NCBI GenBank assembly: GCA_048013815.1
Contig: CM106585.1
Coordinates: 22,444,001-22,508,000, forward strand
Origin: Setoptus koraiensis
Lineage: Eukaryota > Animalia > Arthropoda
DNA: 64,000 nt
Reading direction: 5' to 3'
The translations under genes were made by a program, and so were the position numbers. This document shows, one piece after another, positions 1 to 11,901 of this stretch. The notes below the pieces were generated by a model. That model searched no databases and had not been told where the DNA came from. It saw nothing but the letters and a program-made list of their open reading frames with translations. The number at the start of each line of letters is the position of its first letter. The stretch's first letter is position 1.

Positions 1-282
1 ACAATACAAATTTACCAGTTTTTGCCCCTTTGTTAATCTCTGCCCATGTAGCAGCCAACCTGTCTATGATAGGCTATTATTGAACCAATCATTGTAACCA
101 ATATTCATGATTAGGGAAGATTCTTTACAACATGTTCAGCATCACAACAAGGGAAAATTACATCATTTAAGAGAGCTGTAATTTATTTTCAGAATCTATC
201 GTCTCAAAGTCTACATCAAAGATAGAGCCTCGCCCCAAGTAAATAGGACCAGACAAGCTAGTCTCATTAGAACCGTACAATA

Positions 283-546
283 ATGAGCGATAGATACAAT
301 ATCCACAGTCAGTCAGAGCATCTGCAATCCAAGTACATAGGTACTGGACATGCCGACACAACTAAACATGAGTGGATGGTCAACGTGCATCGAGACTCCT
401 ATTCTTCATACCTTGGTCATCCTGATATTCTCACTTATTTGGCCATTGCTGAAAGCGAATCAAGAGGGGCAATGAGATTTCATTGTCTGAAAAGGATGTT
501 ACAGCCGTGCGGTCCACCTCCACAAAAACCACCAGAGGATGAGTAA
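283..546 (+). CDS. SF3B5: Splicing factor 3B subunit 5 (SF3b10)
   Basis: 87-aa ORF MSDRYNIHSQSEHLQSKYIGTGHADTTKHEW...MLQPCGPPP, near-canonical SF3B5 sequence and length; intronless. Confidence 0.96.
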   Translation: MSDRYNIHSQSEHLQSKYIGTGHADTTKHEWMVNVHRDSYSSYLGHPDILTYLAIAESESRGAMRFHCLKRMLQPCGPPPQKPPEDE

Positions 547-789
547 CGTTCATTAGACTCATTTTTATACTTCAAATAAGATATATTTATTTGTACACAA
601 TTGTCGAACGAGCCTCCTATTATTACATATCACGGATCATGTGATGTATCTTTCGTTATGTCGAACACGTGATTTTATGGACATGATGCACACGAAGAAT
701 GAATTTGTCATTGACGCGTTTGAACCCTAACTAAGAAAAAATGTATTGCAACTATTTCGAACTTAAATAGAATATATTAAAAGATTCAA

Positions 790-3321
790 CTAATTGTTAA
801 GTCGAACTCCGTTGACTTCTTTCAAAGAATCTGGTAGTGGGTATTTCCTCGGCCTTCCGACGGGTCGTCCAGTTTTCACGTATTTGTAGGGCTTTTTGAA
901 TACCGCTTGCTTCTGCTTATTTTTAGCGGGTCTACCTGGACCTCGACCTGACTTGACCTTTTTATTTTTGGTAGCGGGGGCGGGCGTCAAGTTGCTTTTT
1001 GCCTTGCTAATATTGATATTCGCTCCTGGTTGCGGTTGTGGTTTCTTGCAAATCACCTTGGCTTCGGGTTGAGAAGCTACGGCTAGACCGCTAGTCACTG
1101 GATTATTTTGAGTATTACATGAATCACTAGAGATACCAAGATCTTTTTCAATAAGTTCCGCTAAGCCTCCCTTTTGAGCTAGCATAGATAAGAACGTCAT
1201 TATGAAGGGCTCATAGTTGTGAGTGCGCCTCGAATCGTCAATCTTGTATTTTCTTCTCTTCTCAAATTCTTCTTTGATATATTCTTCAATCTGGTTAATG
1301 TCGGACTCAATCCTACGTACTAAAGAGATAAGATCTAGAAGGGTAAATTTTGGTCCGTTTTGTTGAGCATTTGCCGTAGAATTTGATGGCATCTTATGGC
1401 TGGGTAATGGGGCTTGTCTGTGAGCGATATGAGGGTTGACGAATTTATCACCACGTAGGTCAATAAATAATTTCGATGACGCATCTTCTTGAGGGTGTCG
1501 ACTATCGATCATACCATCAACTTGATTTACTTTTACCTCATGAGGGGATCGGCAATCTGTTGATGGTTTGGCCGATGTTTCCGATTCATAGTCAGACTCG
1601 TTGTTGGCCAGACACAGAGATGTTGCATCATTTTGTTGTGAAGGTTTTTGTGATAAGTTAAAAGGTTTCGCTTCTGTAGCCGGCGGTAAGTCAAGATACC
1701 TTCTCTGAGTGAGAGCTGATGTTGATGGTGAATTATTATAACCAATACTATTGTGACTGCTAGAATGGGCCTGGCCAGGCAATCTAGGCTCTTCACTCGC
1801 TAGCTTTTCGTTTGAAGTGTCACCAGACTGAGAGTTTGGATCGCTATTTGTTATGACTATTTTTGGAGTACTATTAATTGGCAGAGTGGCCCTTACAGTA
1901 GTTTCGTTCGGATCCGTATCTCTTTTACGAGAGCCCAGTTTTACAACGAAGAATTTATTGAGCTTTTCGTCATTGCAGAATAAATTTCGGAGTCGTGTTT
2001 GTTGAGAGCAAGCACTAGTAGGTGAGTTAAAGGCACTTCCAGCTTCAGAAGCAGAGTCTGTACCACTGGAGCAGAGACTAGCAGGTGATGTTGTGACTGT
2101 TTCGGTCACATCCACGGATAATGGAGACTGTACACGTTTGGTCAATTCTTCTATTGCTTGTAAAACAATCTGTCTATTAGTTTTGAGGGTCGTAGCACGA
2201 GTTGACAGTTCAATTCTTCTATCCGGTACCACAGCCATCAAATTATATCTTATGTCGTTTGATAAAACACCATTTAATGGTTTTGATTCTTGCTTAATAC
2301 GTCGTTCGATAACTTGTCTAAATTTTTCAGTCCAATCTTGTCCTTCTTCAATTGCTCCATGATCAATAGGATAATTCTGAAGTCCGTCTAATTCGTAAAG
2401 CCGACCTTTGATAGGCACGTAAGATACAAAATGGAAAGCCTCGTGCTGGGAAGTCAATTGTGAATTTGTTCTCTGGTTTCCACTTATGACCACAGTCCCA
2501 GGTGCAATCTGTTGCTTATTATATAGACTTATATAGCTGGCATGGTTATTATGCGCTTTGGCTAGTTCTGGTAAGTTTCCTATTGCGTAGCCTTTGTTTT
2601 CTGGACTCATTATTCTAGTATGATCTTTGAGCCTGGTCAACGTAGGACCTAAATCTAGTTCTTTCCGATCACAGTTTAGCAAAACAGATATCAATGCATG
2701 GGTGGCACATGAGTTCGAGATCACTTGACGAGCAAAAAACATTGAATTAACAGTTTCGTCATCTTCAACATAGGACCAACTCTTCCCATCATTGCTATTG
2801 TTGCTGGAGCCGCCTAAATTTTGGTAAGTATTGTTCCTATTAGTATAACTATTGAAGGTTGTCCTTCGATGGTCATCCAACCATCTAAATAGGAATATGA
2901 ATCCATAAACAGGTCCCTCTATTTTTTGTTGCAGATCATATATTTCCTCAACTTGTGCCCCTGTACAACCGAAATCTTCAAGTAGCAATGTGAATAATCC
3001 AGGATCCGATTCTAACTCTAGCCAGCCATCATGTAATAGATTGAGATTGAAAGTTACATTAGGGTCATTTTTAGACAGTATCTTTTCAAATATCGGTCGT
3101 TTTTTACGACCTCTACGTTTGGCCTCCATTTTCTGTTCTTCTCCAGATTGTTTAGACTGTTGCTGCTGTTGTTGTTGCTGCACATTGTATCTTAGAGCTG
3201 ATGATCTTCTGGTTCCATGACGACTTAAATTCGGTTGTTGCAACAGCTGTTGATCTAAAAGTTGTTGATTACGTTCTGGTTGTTGTTGCTCTTGTTGCTG
3301 CTGTTGTTGTGATGTTGTCAT
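790..3321 (-). CDS. BAP1: Ubiquitin C-terminal hydrolase BAP1/calypso
   Basis: 843-aa intronless ORF. WLELESDPGLFTLL start of the UCH domain; catalytic C (NSCATHAL), H (FHFVSY), D (ELDG); C-terminal ULD (DDSRRTHNYEPFIMTFLSML); basic tail; large low-complexity insert between UCH and ULD. Confidence 0.94.
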   Translation of the reverse strand: MTTSQQQQQQEQQQPERNQQLLDQQLLQQPNLSRHGTRRSSALRYNVQQQQQQQQSKQSGEEQKMEAKRRGRKKRPIFEKILSKNDPNVTFNLNLLHDGWLELESDPGLFTLLLEDFGCTGAQVEEIYDLQQKIEGPVYGFIFLFRWLDDHRRTTFNSYTNRNNTYQNLGGSSNNSNDGKSWSYVEDDETVNSMFFARQVISNSCATHALISVLLNCDRKELDLGPTLTRLKDHTRIMSPENKGYAIGNLPELAKAHNNHASYISLYNKQQIAPGTVVISGNQRTNSQLTSQHEAFHFVSYVPIKGRLYELDGLQNYPIDHGAIEEGQDWTEKFRQVIERRIKQESKPLNGVLSNDIRYNLMAVVPDRRIELSTRATTLKTNRQIVLQAIEELTKRVQSPLSVDVTETVTTSPASLCSSGTDSASEAGSAFNSPTSACSQQTRLRNLFCNDEKLNKFFVVKLGSRKRDTDPNETTVRATLPINSTPKIVITNSDPNSQSGDTSNEKLASEEPRLPGQAHSSSHNSIGYNNSPSTSALTQRRYLDLPPATEAKPFNLSQKPSQQNDATSLCLANNESDYESETSAKPSTDCRSPHEVKVNQVDGMIDSRHPQEDASSKLFIDLRGDKFVNPHIAHRQAPLPSHKMPSNSTANAQQNGPKFTLLDLISLVRRIESDINQIEEYIKEEFEKRRKYKIDDSRRTHNYEPFIMTFLSMLAQKGGLAELIEKDLGISSDSCNTQNNPVTSGLAVASQPEAKVICKKPQPQPGANINISKAKSNLTPAPATKNKKVKSGRGPGRPAKNKQKQAVFKKPYKYVKTGRPVGRPRKYPLPDSLKEVNGVRLNN

Positions 3322-6300
3322 TGTCTGAGTGATAGCGATATTGTAGATGATGCATACATGAATTGTTTATGCAATCAAGACTAAAAACATAACTAATCTA
3401 ATCAGTTGTGTGATAACAAGAATACTAGGTATTTATCGAGTTATTATTGAGTCATTTTGAGTTCCAACGATAGGTCTTATACCTCGTTGAAACTTCCTGA
3501 CTAATAATGATAATAAATACAGAAAGTAGCTTATGGATGGATATTATTTCTGGGTTGCAGTCAATATAATCAGTATCATCTTCAATCTTAGATAGTTGTA
3601 GTTTTCTTCACTGTCCGATTGGATTGAAGTTAATATATCATTCTATCTAGTGAAGGTAACCATTCATATGAAGTTCGACATGTACTGAATGTTAGCATGA
3701 ATACAAATAAGAGAATTTCTTATTTGGTTGTCAATCAGTCTTCATCTATTAATAGTGGCATCAATATGTTTCATGAAATAACGGGTTATCTTCGGTGTCT
3801 TTTTGGAAGACCTGTTCTTTGGATAGGATTAAATTAATATTCTATTACTGAATTTTAGATGAAAATTGCCTCGTCAGATGGCCACCTCAGTTTTGTGTTG
3901 TGAAAAATAATAATAAATTTACAGTTAGGATTAATTTGAGCCCTCGTAATGCAGAGCTATTATAGTGATAGTGGGGTAAAATTCCTCGATTGTTTCAGCT
4001 GTTCGAATGAGTCTAAATTTTGTGAGTCTGCCAGTTTCTTCATTGTGATTACTGATGCAGAAGAAGATGTTGAAGGGAGAAGAAGAATAGTATCGTGTGT
4101 CCCATAAAGTTTCACGTAGCCCTAGCTTAGAACGATTGTCCAGAAGAGGGCGTCTAATTATCTCACGTTTGTAGTATTTAAACTTCTAATGATGGCCTGC
4201 CAGGCCAAGAGTGGATATTTTTTCTCAATCAAAAATTCATTCGAAAGTTGCCAAGTGAGATTTATAATGTCAACACTTTTGTTATTAACTGTAATGATTG
4301 TTTCAAATAATTATGAGCCTCCGTCATGACCCAATATGAGCATACAAAGTTGGCGAAAAAGAAAGGGTGCCACAAAAATAACCTCTCAGATACAGAAAAT
4401 ATTGTGCGCTTCAAAAATAAAGAACAATTTTATTGTGAAAACCATGCCATGTTCCGCACTACATTCGTACAAATTGTTGTGCAGCACAAATTCATGTTTT
4501 CTACACAAAGGATTCACTGTGCTTGAGCAGCCAGCAAATCACACTTGAGCAACAAAGGCATAAACTGACAGAGCGACGCACAACATGTTCTTAAATGATG
4601 GCTGTGCTATTCTGTGTGCGATCCATGAAGTGTGTGTCACATCAAGGTTGGTGGCTGGCGATGTGTAGAGGGAGCTTCTGTATTACGCTTGTGCGCGTGT
4701 TCGAGCTACAAGAGCGACTCCCTCAGATGAAATTTAGAACTAGTGTTGACTATAATAAGCAGCGTAGCCTCCACGACAGTGGTGCAACTTTGGCCGAACC
4801 ACCTAGTCGTTGATTTTTGGTTCGACAGTGTCGAATCGACACTAGCGACCTCGTGTGTAATTTAACTATACTGAACAGAAAAATAGCTCTCAATGTAACA
4901 CAGGATTCATGTTATACTTTAGACGCGCTGACCGTACAGCTTTACCAATAACTATGGGCACCATTGCACCAGAACGTAACCGTGGCGTTAGCTATAGCAA
5001 ACGAACGGACGCATAGATGACGCCCTGTGTATTCTTTTGTGCATCAAATGTTCGTTCACCAACAAGAAAAAAAAAACATTCTGCATATTCCACTGCTAAT
5101 GGTCAGAAAGGCGCCAATTTTCAAACGCTTTCGCCGATTCGAAAGTTTGAAAATTGCAAACTTTGGGCTTACTTCGCCCGAGACCTATCAAGACTATCCG
5201 CTCTCGAGGTGAGCTTTTTTGAAACATCGAACTAGACTTGGAGATGCGACCCAGCCAGTATATGCGAACTCGTTCTCTCGTGAAGAGATCTTCGTATATA
5301 TGATGATGACGCAAGAAAAAGAGACAGGCAATCTCGCTGACATGTTCTACATTTGACTCAGAATAAGAATATTCTTACATACACAAAAGTTATTATAATG
5401 AACGTTTTTTCTCTCATCGAAATGTTCTGTGTGACCTATGACCGGAGACCTCTCGAACTACGCCATGCATGGAATGGAGGCCCCCTTCAAAGTTCCATCA
5501 TTGTTTTCCGGTTTACTGAAATTTTATCAATCTCAACCAAAATTTGGATAAATCTCCTCGGAACAGTGAGCTTTTATGAGTCGAATGAAAATTCCACGCA
5601 TGTCTGATCCACCACCATCGACTATCACTATAATTTTTAGATTTGCGTTCTATCGGCACAAGTTTTGTTTATATTATTTGATAGTCAGCCTATAAGGTTG
5701 ACATTCAATTTTCCGGGTAAAAGTTTTGCAACGCTCATACAACCATATTGAATTGGATTTTTGGATCAAAGTCGAACATTGATTGCTTTTGCGCAGCAGG
5801 AGGTAGGTCGACTGAACCGTTACCCGTCATATAATCATACTAGGCAATAATATTATTTTTAGTAGGTATCAGCTAGAGATAATCTTGCAAGAGTAACCTA
5901 AAGAGGCTGCAACAATGGGACAACGATGTAATCCATTTAACTACAATCGAGGTAGCGCACGTACACATTCAGATTAGTTTCTATTATTTCTGGGACTTCT
6001 AAAGTTGTAAAACATATGCGCTGTAGACGATAATTTAGTTGGATTTTAGAACGTTTAATCTGACAGGTACAGCACTCATGGGGCTTCTCATTAAGTTGTT
6101 ATTTACCTGAAATACTGTTTATCTCTTTCCTAATACGCCGAATAAACCAAAAAGCTCGCAATAGGTTCCTTGACTGTCTGTTTGGCATAGAGCCCCATTA
6201 ATCTTAGTTCTACAAGGCTTACTTGCGGATTTGTGATGTTGCTGCGAGATAAGGTAATGTTTTGACTTGCATAATTGAATTCCAGTTTATATTACAAGAT

Positions 6301-8964
6301 GGTATATCATACCAATAGTGTCACATACACAATGTAATGGTAATGTCGATGTTATTAAAGATTTTGGTGAGACTCTTCTACATTTATTTCTACCTTCAGA
6401 AGGATCAGTGACAACATTGCATTATTATATCATACCTGTGAGAGCGCCTCGTCATCACACGACAGAGCACAATCAGCGTATCTTACTGACATGTAATAAT
6501 CAAATCGTAAACAAATCAGCGACGTTCAAAAAATAAAAACAAGCTAATCTAACTACGTTTTATCTCTAATAATAAAACTAGTGAAAATAGACACCTCTTG
6601 AAACAATACTTAAAAGATCAAATCACTTGTTTTGATCACTCATATGCAATGACTGTGTTGCTATCATCACACATCAAAAATTGTTTGCAATGCACTTGAC
6701 ATATTAAACTCTAACGACAATATCTGTCAAACTGTTGTTCAATAGCAGTTAACAGTTTCGAACAACGGTATATAACGATAAGCGAGCTGTTATGAGTACA
6801 AAAGTATATTTAGCAACTACACTTGTAAATTTTAACAGCCTCTCGAAACAAAGACAATGATATAATGTTTGTGTGAATACAAACGTCGGTGGACTTCACT
6901 CATTTTCCATCAGATTAAATGCCTAGGTTGACGCAATCATTTGCACCATATTGATCAGATAGAAGATAAGCCTAGATCTATCGCTAATCCTACAGAAACA
7001 ACTAACTTATTTGATGCGGATGAGGAAATGGTTAACGTTTATAGAGATTTATTCCGCCAAAGAGACAAATAGTAGCGTATGTATTTCATAGTATAGACTC
7101 TAAAATAATTTTCATAATACATTAACACTAGTTCAGCTACCTTTTACCAATTTAGCTCAACAGAGAGGACTCAAGTTTGCTTGAATAAATCAATTAGTAC
7201 TGTTGATAATATGATTTGGCATAAGAATAGCTTGCAATTTTTGCCAGCTTTCATCTTGAGCAGCTTCTGTATGTCTAAATTGAGATTACATTTATAGTTC
7301 ATATAGTTTATGTCGTTTACAACATGTCAACATGGTTGCACTATTCCGATGTGTGCAAGTGTGAAAATCACCGATTCCTTGTTAGCTATTACGTAACATT
7401 GAGTGAGTTTGGTTGGGTGATAGTTGTATGTTAAGTTAATTCATGCATTACAAATAGGCAAGCGTCAGAGTGAATCATCACAAAAACAAGCAACAAAAAG
7501 AAGAAGAAAACTTTCGCAATGCTCAAATTTTCTACAGACCGTACATGCTGTCAGAGAGCCACACATATGCGACAAATAGAGGGTAAATGATCTACAGATA
7601 GAGTATATAGGGTTTGATAAGAAGATTTGAATACGTTGCCATCAACTTGTCTCGCCAATCTATACTCGATCTAATAACGTTTGTTGCGTAATTACGCAAT
7701 GTTGTTTTTAGGAGAATGTTTATTTCGCCAACGAGGGACTTCGCGATGAGAAAAATTTTATTTTTCATTTCAAGTTTTACCGCCACATTTCGAAGAATCG
7801 AGTGTGCGCCAGTGATGTCACCAACGTCCAGCTGCTCGTTTACAACGTTGTACTTTTTCACCAGATTCCAGTTTCTTTTTGGGGTAAAGCAACTGAAAAT
7901 GCTAGCGAATTTTTAAATAGAATTACAGCAGCAAGCAAGTGAAGACGATTAGTGGGCAGTAACGTTGTGTGTGTCAGTAGTGTGTGTCTGCATGAATTGA
8001 TTGCGCTACACACACACGCACACACACAGTGTACATTCGAGACTGGCCTTCTCATCGGTTGTGTTTCAGTTTACGGTGAACACCCGACCACGAAAGAGCC
8101 AGCACACATATGCACTAAATACATAGTGTGACTACCATTGCACTGTATGCACCAATATAGTATCAATCGCGCTCCATATATTACCATTGTTCCTCTCGTT
8201 GCCGCTACCGACTACACGCACACGCACTCGCATTCGAGCTCTCATGTATTATCATTATCTAATATACAGATATCTCTTTCTATTGCCGTAGCTATCAACT
8301 ATACGATTGCAACAACAATAATAATTACAGTTACGCGTAATCAGCGATAACCAGGACAAGTAGGGAGACTCGACAACGATGATATACATGTTCCATTCCG
8401 GCAACAACTGTCTCTCCGAATCAGCACCACTCCATCACTATCAGACAAAATAGGATAAGTCCTCCCAGCAATTATCCGTCTAATCACTGTTGTTGTCACG
8501 GGCCTTTCGTTTACCTCAACAGGGCCGGTCGTCGTCGTCAACGTCCCATTTCTGTGTCTAGATGCGGCCAGTTTAGAACCATCACCACCAGCACCGTCGT
8601 CAGAACAGATACTATATTTTTTCTCTTTGTTTGCCCGGCACTAACAACATCACCGTATCACAAAATCACATCTACTATTATTTGTTGTAGACAACAAACA
8701 AATACAAGTTATATCATACTCAATCTAACTTGACTTCACTCACTCACTCACACATCACGGAAACCTTTATGACTAACACAGCTAGATAGCCGCACACCAC
8801 GCACTTCAACAAACAAATCAATATCCACAAAGGAAGGCCATCATTACTATTATTACATCAATAATATTAAAAGGAAGGATAAACACACTAGGAAGTAGAT
8901 AAACAATTTCTCTTTTTTCTTATTCATTTATTATCATTGTTCAGCAACACAAACATCTTCAATT

Positions 8965-10471
8965 ATGTTCAAGTACATGCCCGAGGACCAGCTCAAAAGG
9001 TTCGACAATTACAAATATTGTGCCGTAGACACAAGCCCATTGAGCAAATATGTTATGCACCCATTTTGGAACAAAGTTGTAGAATTAGTACCAATGTCTA
9101 TTGCTCCAAACACGCTGACACTTGCCGGTTTTGCTTTCACATTGTTGAACGCCGCACTATTGTCTACATACGATTATTTTTTCTACGCTTCTACTGACTC
9201 ACATCCAGAATATCCGCCCATACCGAATTGGGTCTGGTTTTTGTGTGCAATCAATTTATTTATGGCCCATACTCTCGATGGCATTGATGGGAAACATGCA
9301 AGACGGACAAAGGCCACCGGACCTCTAGGCGAACTCATGGATCATGGTGTTGACAGTTGGACTGCTGTATTTATACCTCTTTCCGTTTACTCGCTTTTTG
9401 GACGTGGAGATTTCAGCTTTAGTCCATTCAGAGTATTATTTGTATTCTGGGCAGTCTTTCTTACATTTTATATTACACATTGGGAGAAATACAACACTGG
9501 CATACTATACCTACCATGGAGCTATGATCTATCCCAATTATTCCTACTCATCACTTTCATTACAACATCAATACAATCATACAAATATTGGAAATTTACT
9601 ATGCCCGTTTTAGGTGCACCCTTCATTGAAGCGTTCGAGCTGTTACTCTATGGTATGATAAACATATTAACTCTTCATGAAGTGGTGTAGATGCATCACT
9701 CAATTACAAACGAAAATGCGACAATATTTCAAAATCTTATCCTTGATCTAACACTAATTCTCACATTTTTGATTCTATCTCCAAATTATAACGTCTCCAG
9801 TGAGCATCTTGCTAACACTACCATTGCCTCTATACAATGTTTACGCGACGTTCAAATTAGGAAAAACAAAATACTCATCATCGATAGAAACACTCAAACC
9901 ATTAGCACCACTTATATTATTATTTGTTACGAGTGTCTTGTGGGCTGGCTTTTCAAAGTCTGATATACTATCTCAGGATCCGAGGTTATATTTTTATACT
10001 TTAGGAACAATTTTTTCCAATATATCAGTAAGTGACAGATTGACGATTCACTTATACTGTTTCTCATCACCAAAACCACTCAGACAGAGCTTATGAATGT
10101 ACTCAAACTCTTACTCTACATGTACATACATATCTAACCGAGTATTTCACACAAAATCTTTATCATTATATCTTTAGTGTCGATTGATAATTTGCCAAAT
10201 GTCAAGCACCAAATTTGGCGTCTATAACGGATTCTTAGCATTATTCGGTTTGGTAGCTTTAACCGCACTTATATTACCTCCAATGGGCCGCTTTGAACTG
10301 ATATTGTTAAGGATTGTTGCATGCTTTGTAACTATTGGACATATCCATTTCGCTACTGGTATCGTTCGGCAGATGTGTGATCACTTGAGGATTAATGCCT
10401 TCTCCCTCGAAAAGAGAAAGTCTGGATTATCGCGCCAGCATTTGCTGAATAACAAATCAGAACATGAGTAA
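8965..10471 (+). CDS. CEPT1: Choline/ethanolamine phosphotransferase (CEPT1/CHPT1/SELENOI family), 3 exons
   Basis: join(8965-9652,9801-10027,10178-10471) = 1209 nt in frame with GT-AG introns. CDP-alcohol phosphotransferase motif DGIDGKHARRTKATGPLGELMDHGVD; HWEKYNTGILYLPW; NIS|CRLIICQMS across the junction. Exact paralog within the family is uncertain. Confidence 0.9.
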
Positions 10472-11034
10472 GCAACATAAACTACATCACCACTGCAGTT
10501 AAAATTGCTTTCCCTTGAGCGATCGCCCGCATATTTAGCTACTCCTTCGTCCCGCTGATAAGAATCTTCCCTACTTCCTTTCCTCTATCAAAACCAACGT
10601 CCCGATAGTTTGCCGCTACCTCTCGATAAAAAACCATCTCTCACAAATTAGAAAAAGATAACTAATCTACACAGTAGTTAAAGTATATTTGGACTAACGT
10701 TGATTACATATTGTCGTTGGACACGCGATTGTCAAATCTTTGTGGAACTAGTTCCGTAGAAAGGCTCACGGATTCAGGAGAAACACCAAGTGATCAGCAC
10801 AAACTCGCTGAGGCCGACCAAAAGAATTCCTTCTTGAATCAATCTCCCCAAGAGCACATAATCGATATTCTGGTGCCCGATGCAATATAATTAGCTAGAT
10901 TCATTTTGTTGCTTGTAAATTCATGAAGTGTTATTATTGAATAAACTTTCTCCAACCCGGTCATAGACGTCCTTGTCTATGATCAGAATCTATCGTTAAT
11001 ATATTACTGGTATTTGCCTCTTTCTCTCGACAAT

Positions 11035-11901
11035 CTATCTCTTCTTCTCAATACTTCCACACTCGCTAGAATCACTCGAGCGGTGATGATATTTTGACTT
11101 ACGAGATCGGATCTCATCTGTATTAGATTTAAGCTTCTTTCTAGACCTATCATGGGAACTATCTCGACTAGTAGATCTATGTCTACTAATCTTTCTAGCT
11201 CTCTCATTGTGATGATGACGCACTTCACGACGCGATTTCCGATTTACCGAATTCGTTTTCGTACTATGAGGAACTCGAGACGAATTTTCAGAAGATGATG
11301 AAGAAGAACCGTTCCGATTACTAGAACTTGACGAAGAAGATGTCGATGATGAAGACGATGACGATGAGGATGTTGAGGTTGAAGATGAAGATGATGAAGA
11401 CGATGATGCGGATGATGATGATGACGATGTTGATGAATCGGTAGATTCGGAGGATTTCGATGAGTCTGACGAAGGAGAACGATTATGTTTTGACGAGCCC
11501 GATTTTTTGGATCGATAGTGACTTAGTTGCGATGATTTCGCATCAACATCAGATGCAACTACTTCTCGATCACACCTATCTACCGATTTGGCACTAGACC
11601 CGGATTCTTCTGTTCCTCTTAGTTTCAATTGATCTTGTAACTGCTTCAATTTGACCGGATTATTCAATATGGCTGCGCGAATCTCTATTCTCCTTTGTTC
11701 TACTCGCTTCAAGGGATCATCGGATAATCTTGCCTTGGTATCGGCTGCCGCGGCGAACGCGGCCTCTTGCTGTTTTTTCTGTTGCTCCTGCTTATAGACC
11801 TCAAATGTTTTATCGATTTTTCTGCCTTTCAGATAGTCATCAGTGTCCACCATACCGGACACACCCTCGTACATCCAGTCTAGTTTCTTTTGGTCACTCA
11901 T
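11035..11901 (-). CDS. CWC25: Pre-mRNA splicing factor CWC25 homolog (appears N-terminally truncated)
   Basis: KLDWMYEGVSGMVDTDDYLKGRKIDK and DPL...ILNNPVKLK match CWC25 blocks; Ser-rich and RS-like C-terminus; in-frame TAA four codons upstream of the ATG. Confidence 0.82.
   Translation of the reverse strand: MSDQKKLDWMYEGVSGMVDTDDYLKGRKIDKTFEVYKQEQQKKQQEAAFAAAADTKARLSDDPLKRVEQRRIEIRAAILNNPVKLKQLQDQLKLRGTEESGSSAKSVDRCDREVVASDVDAKSSQLSHYRSKKSGSSKHNRSPSSDSSKSSESTDSSTSSSSSSASSSSSSSSSTSTSSSSSSSSSTSSSSSSSNRNGSSSSSSENSSRVPHSTKTNSVNRKSRREVRHHHNERARKISRHRSTSRDSSHDRSRKKLKSNTDEIRSRKSKYHHRSSDSSECGSIEKKR

Noticed and set aside
3400-8800. 5.4-kb gene-free stretch with coding-like fragments (e.g. 7592-7861 and 8341-8541 on the - strand, a LINE-like phrase near 6960-7060, a hairpin near 5119-5154)
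   Set aside because: No recognisable domain or consistent splice model; probably decayed repeats.
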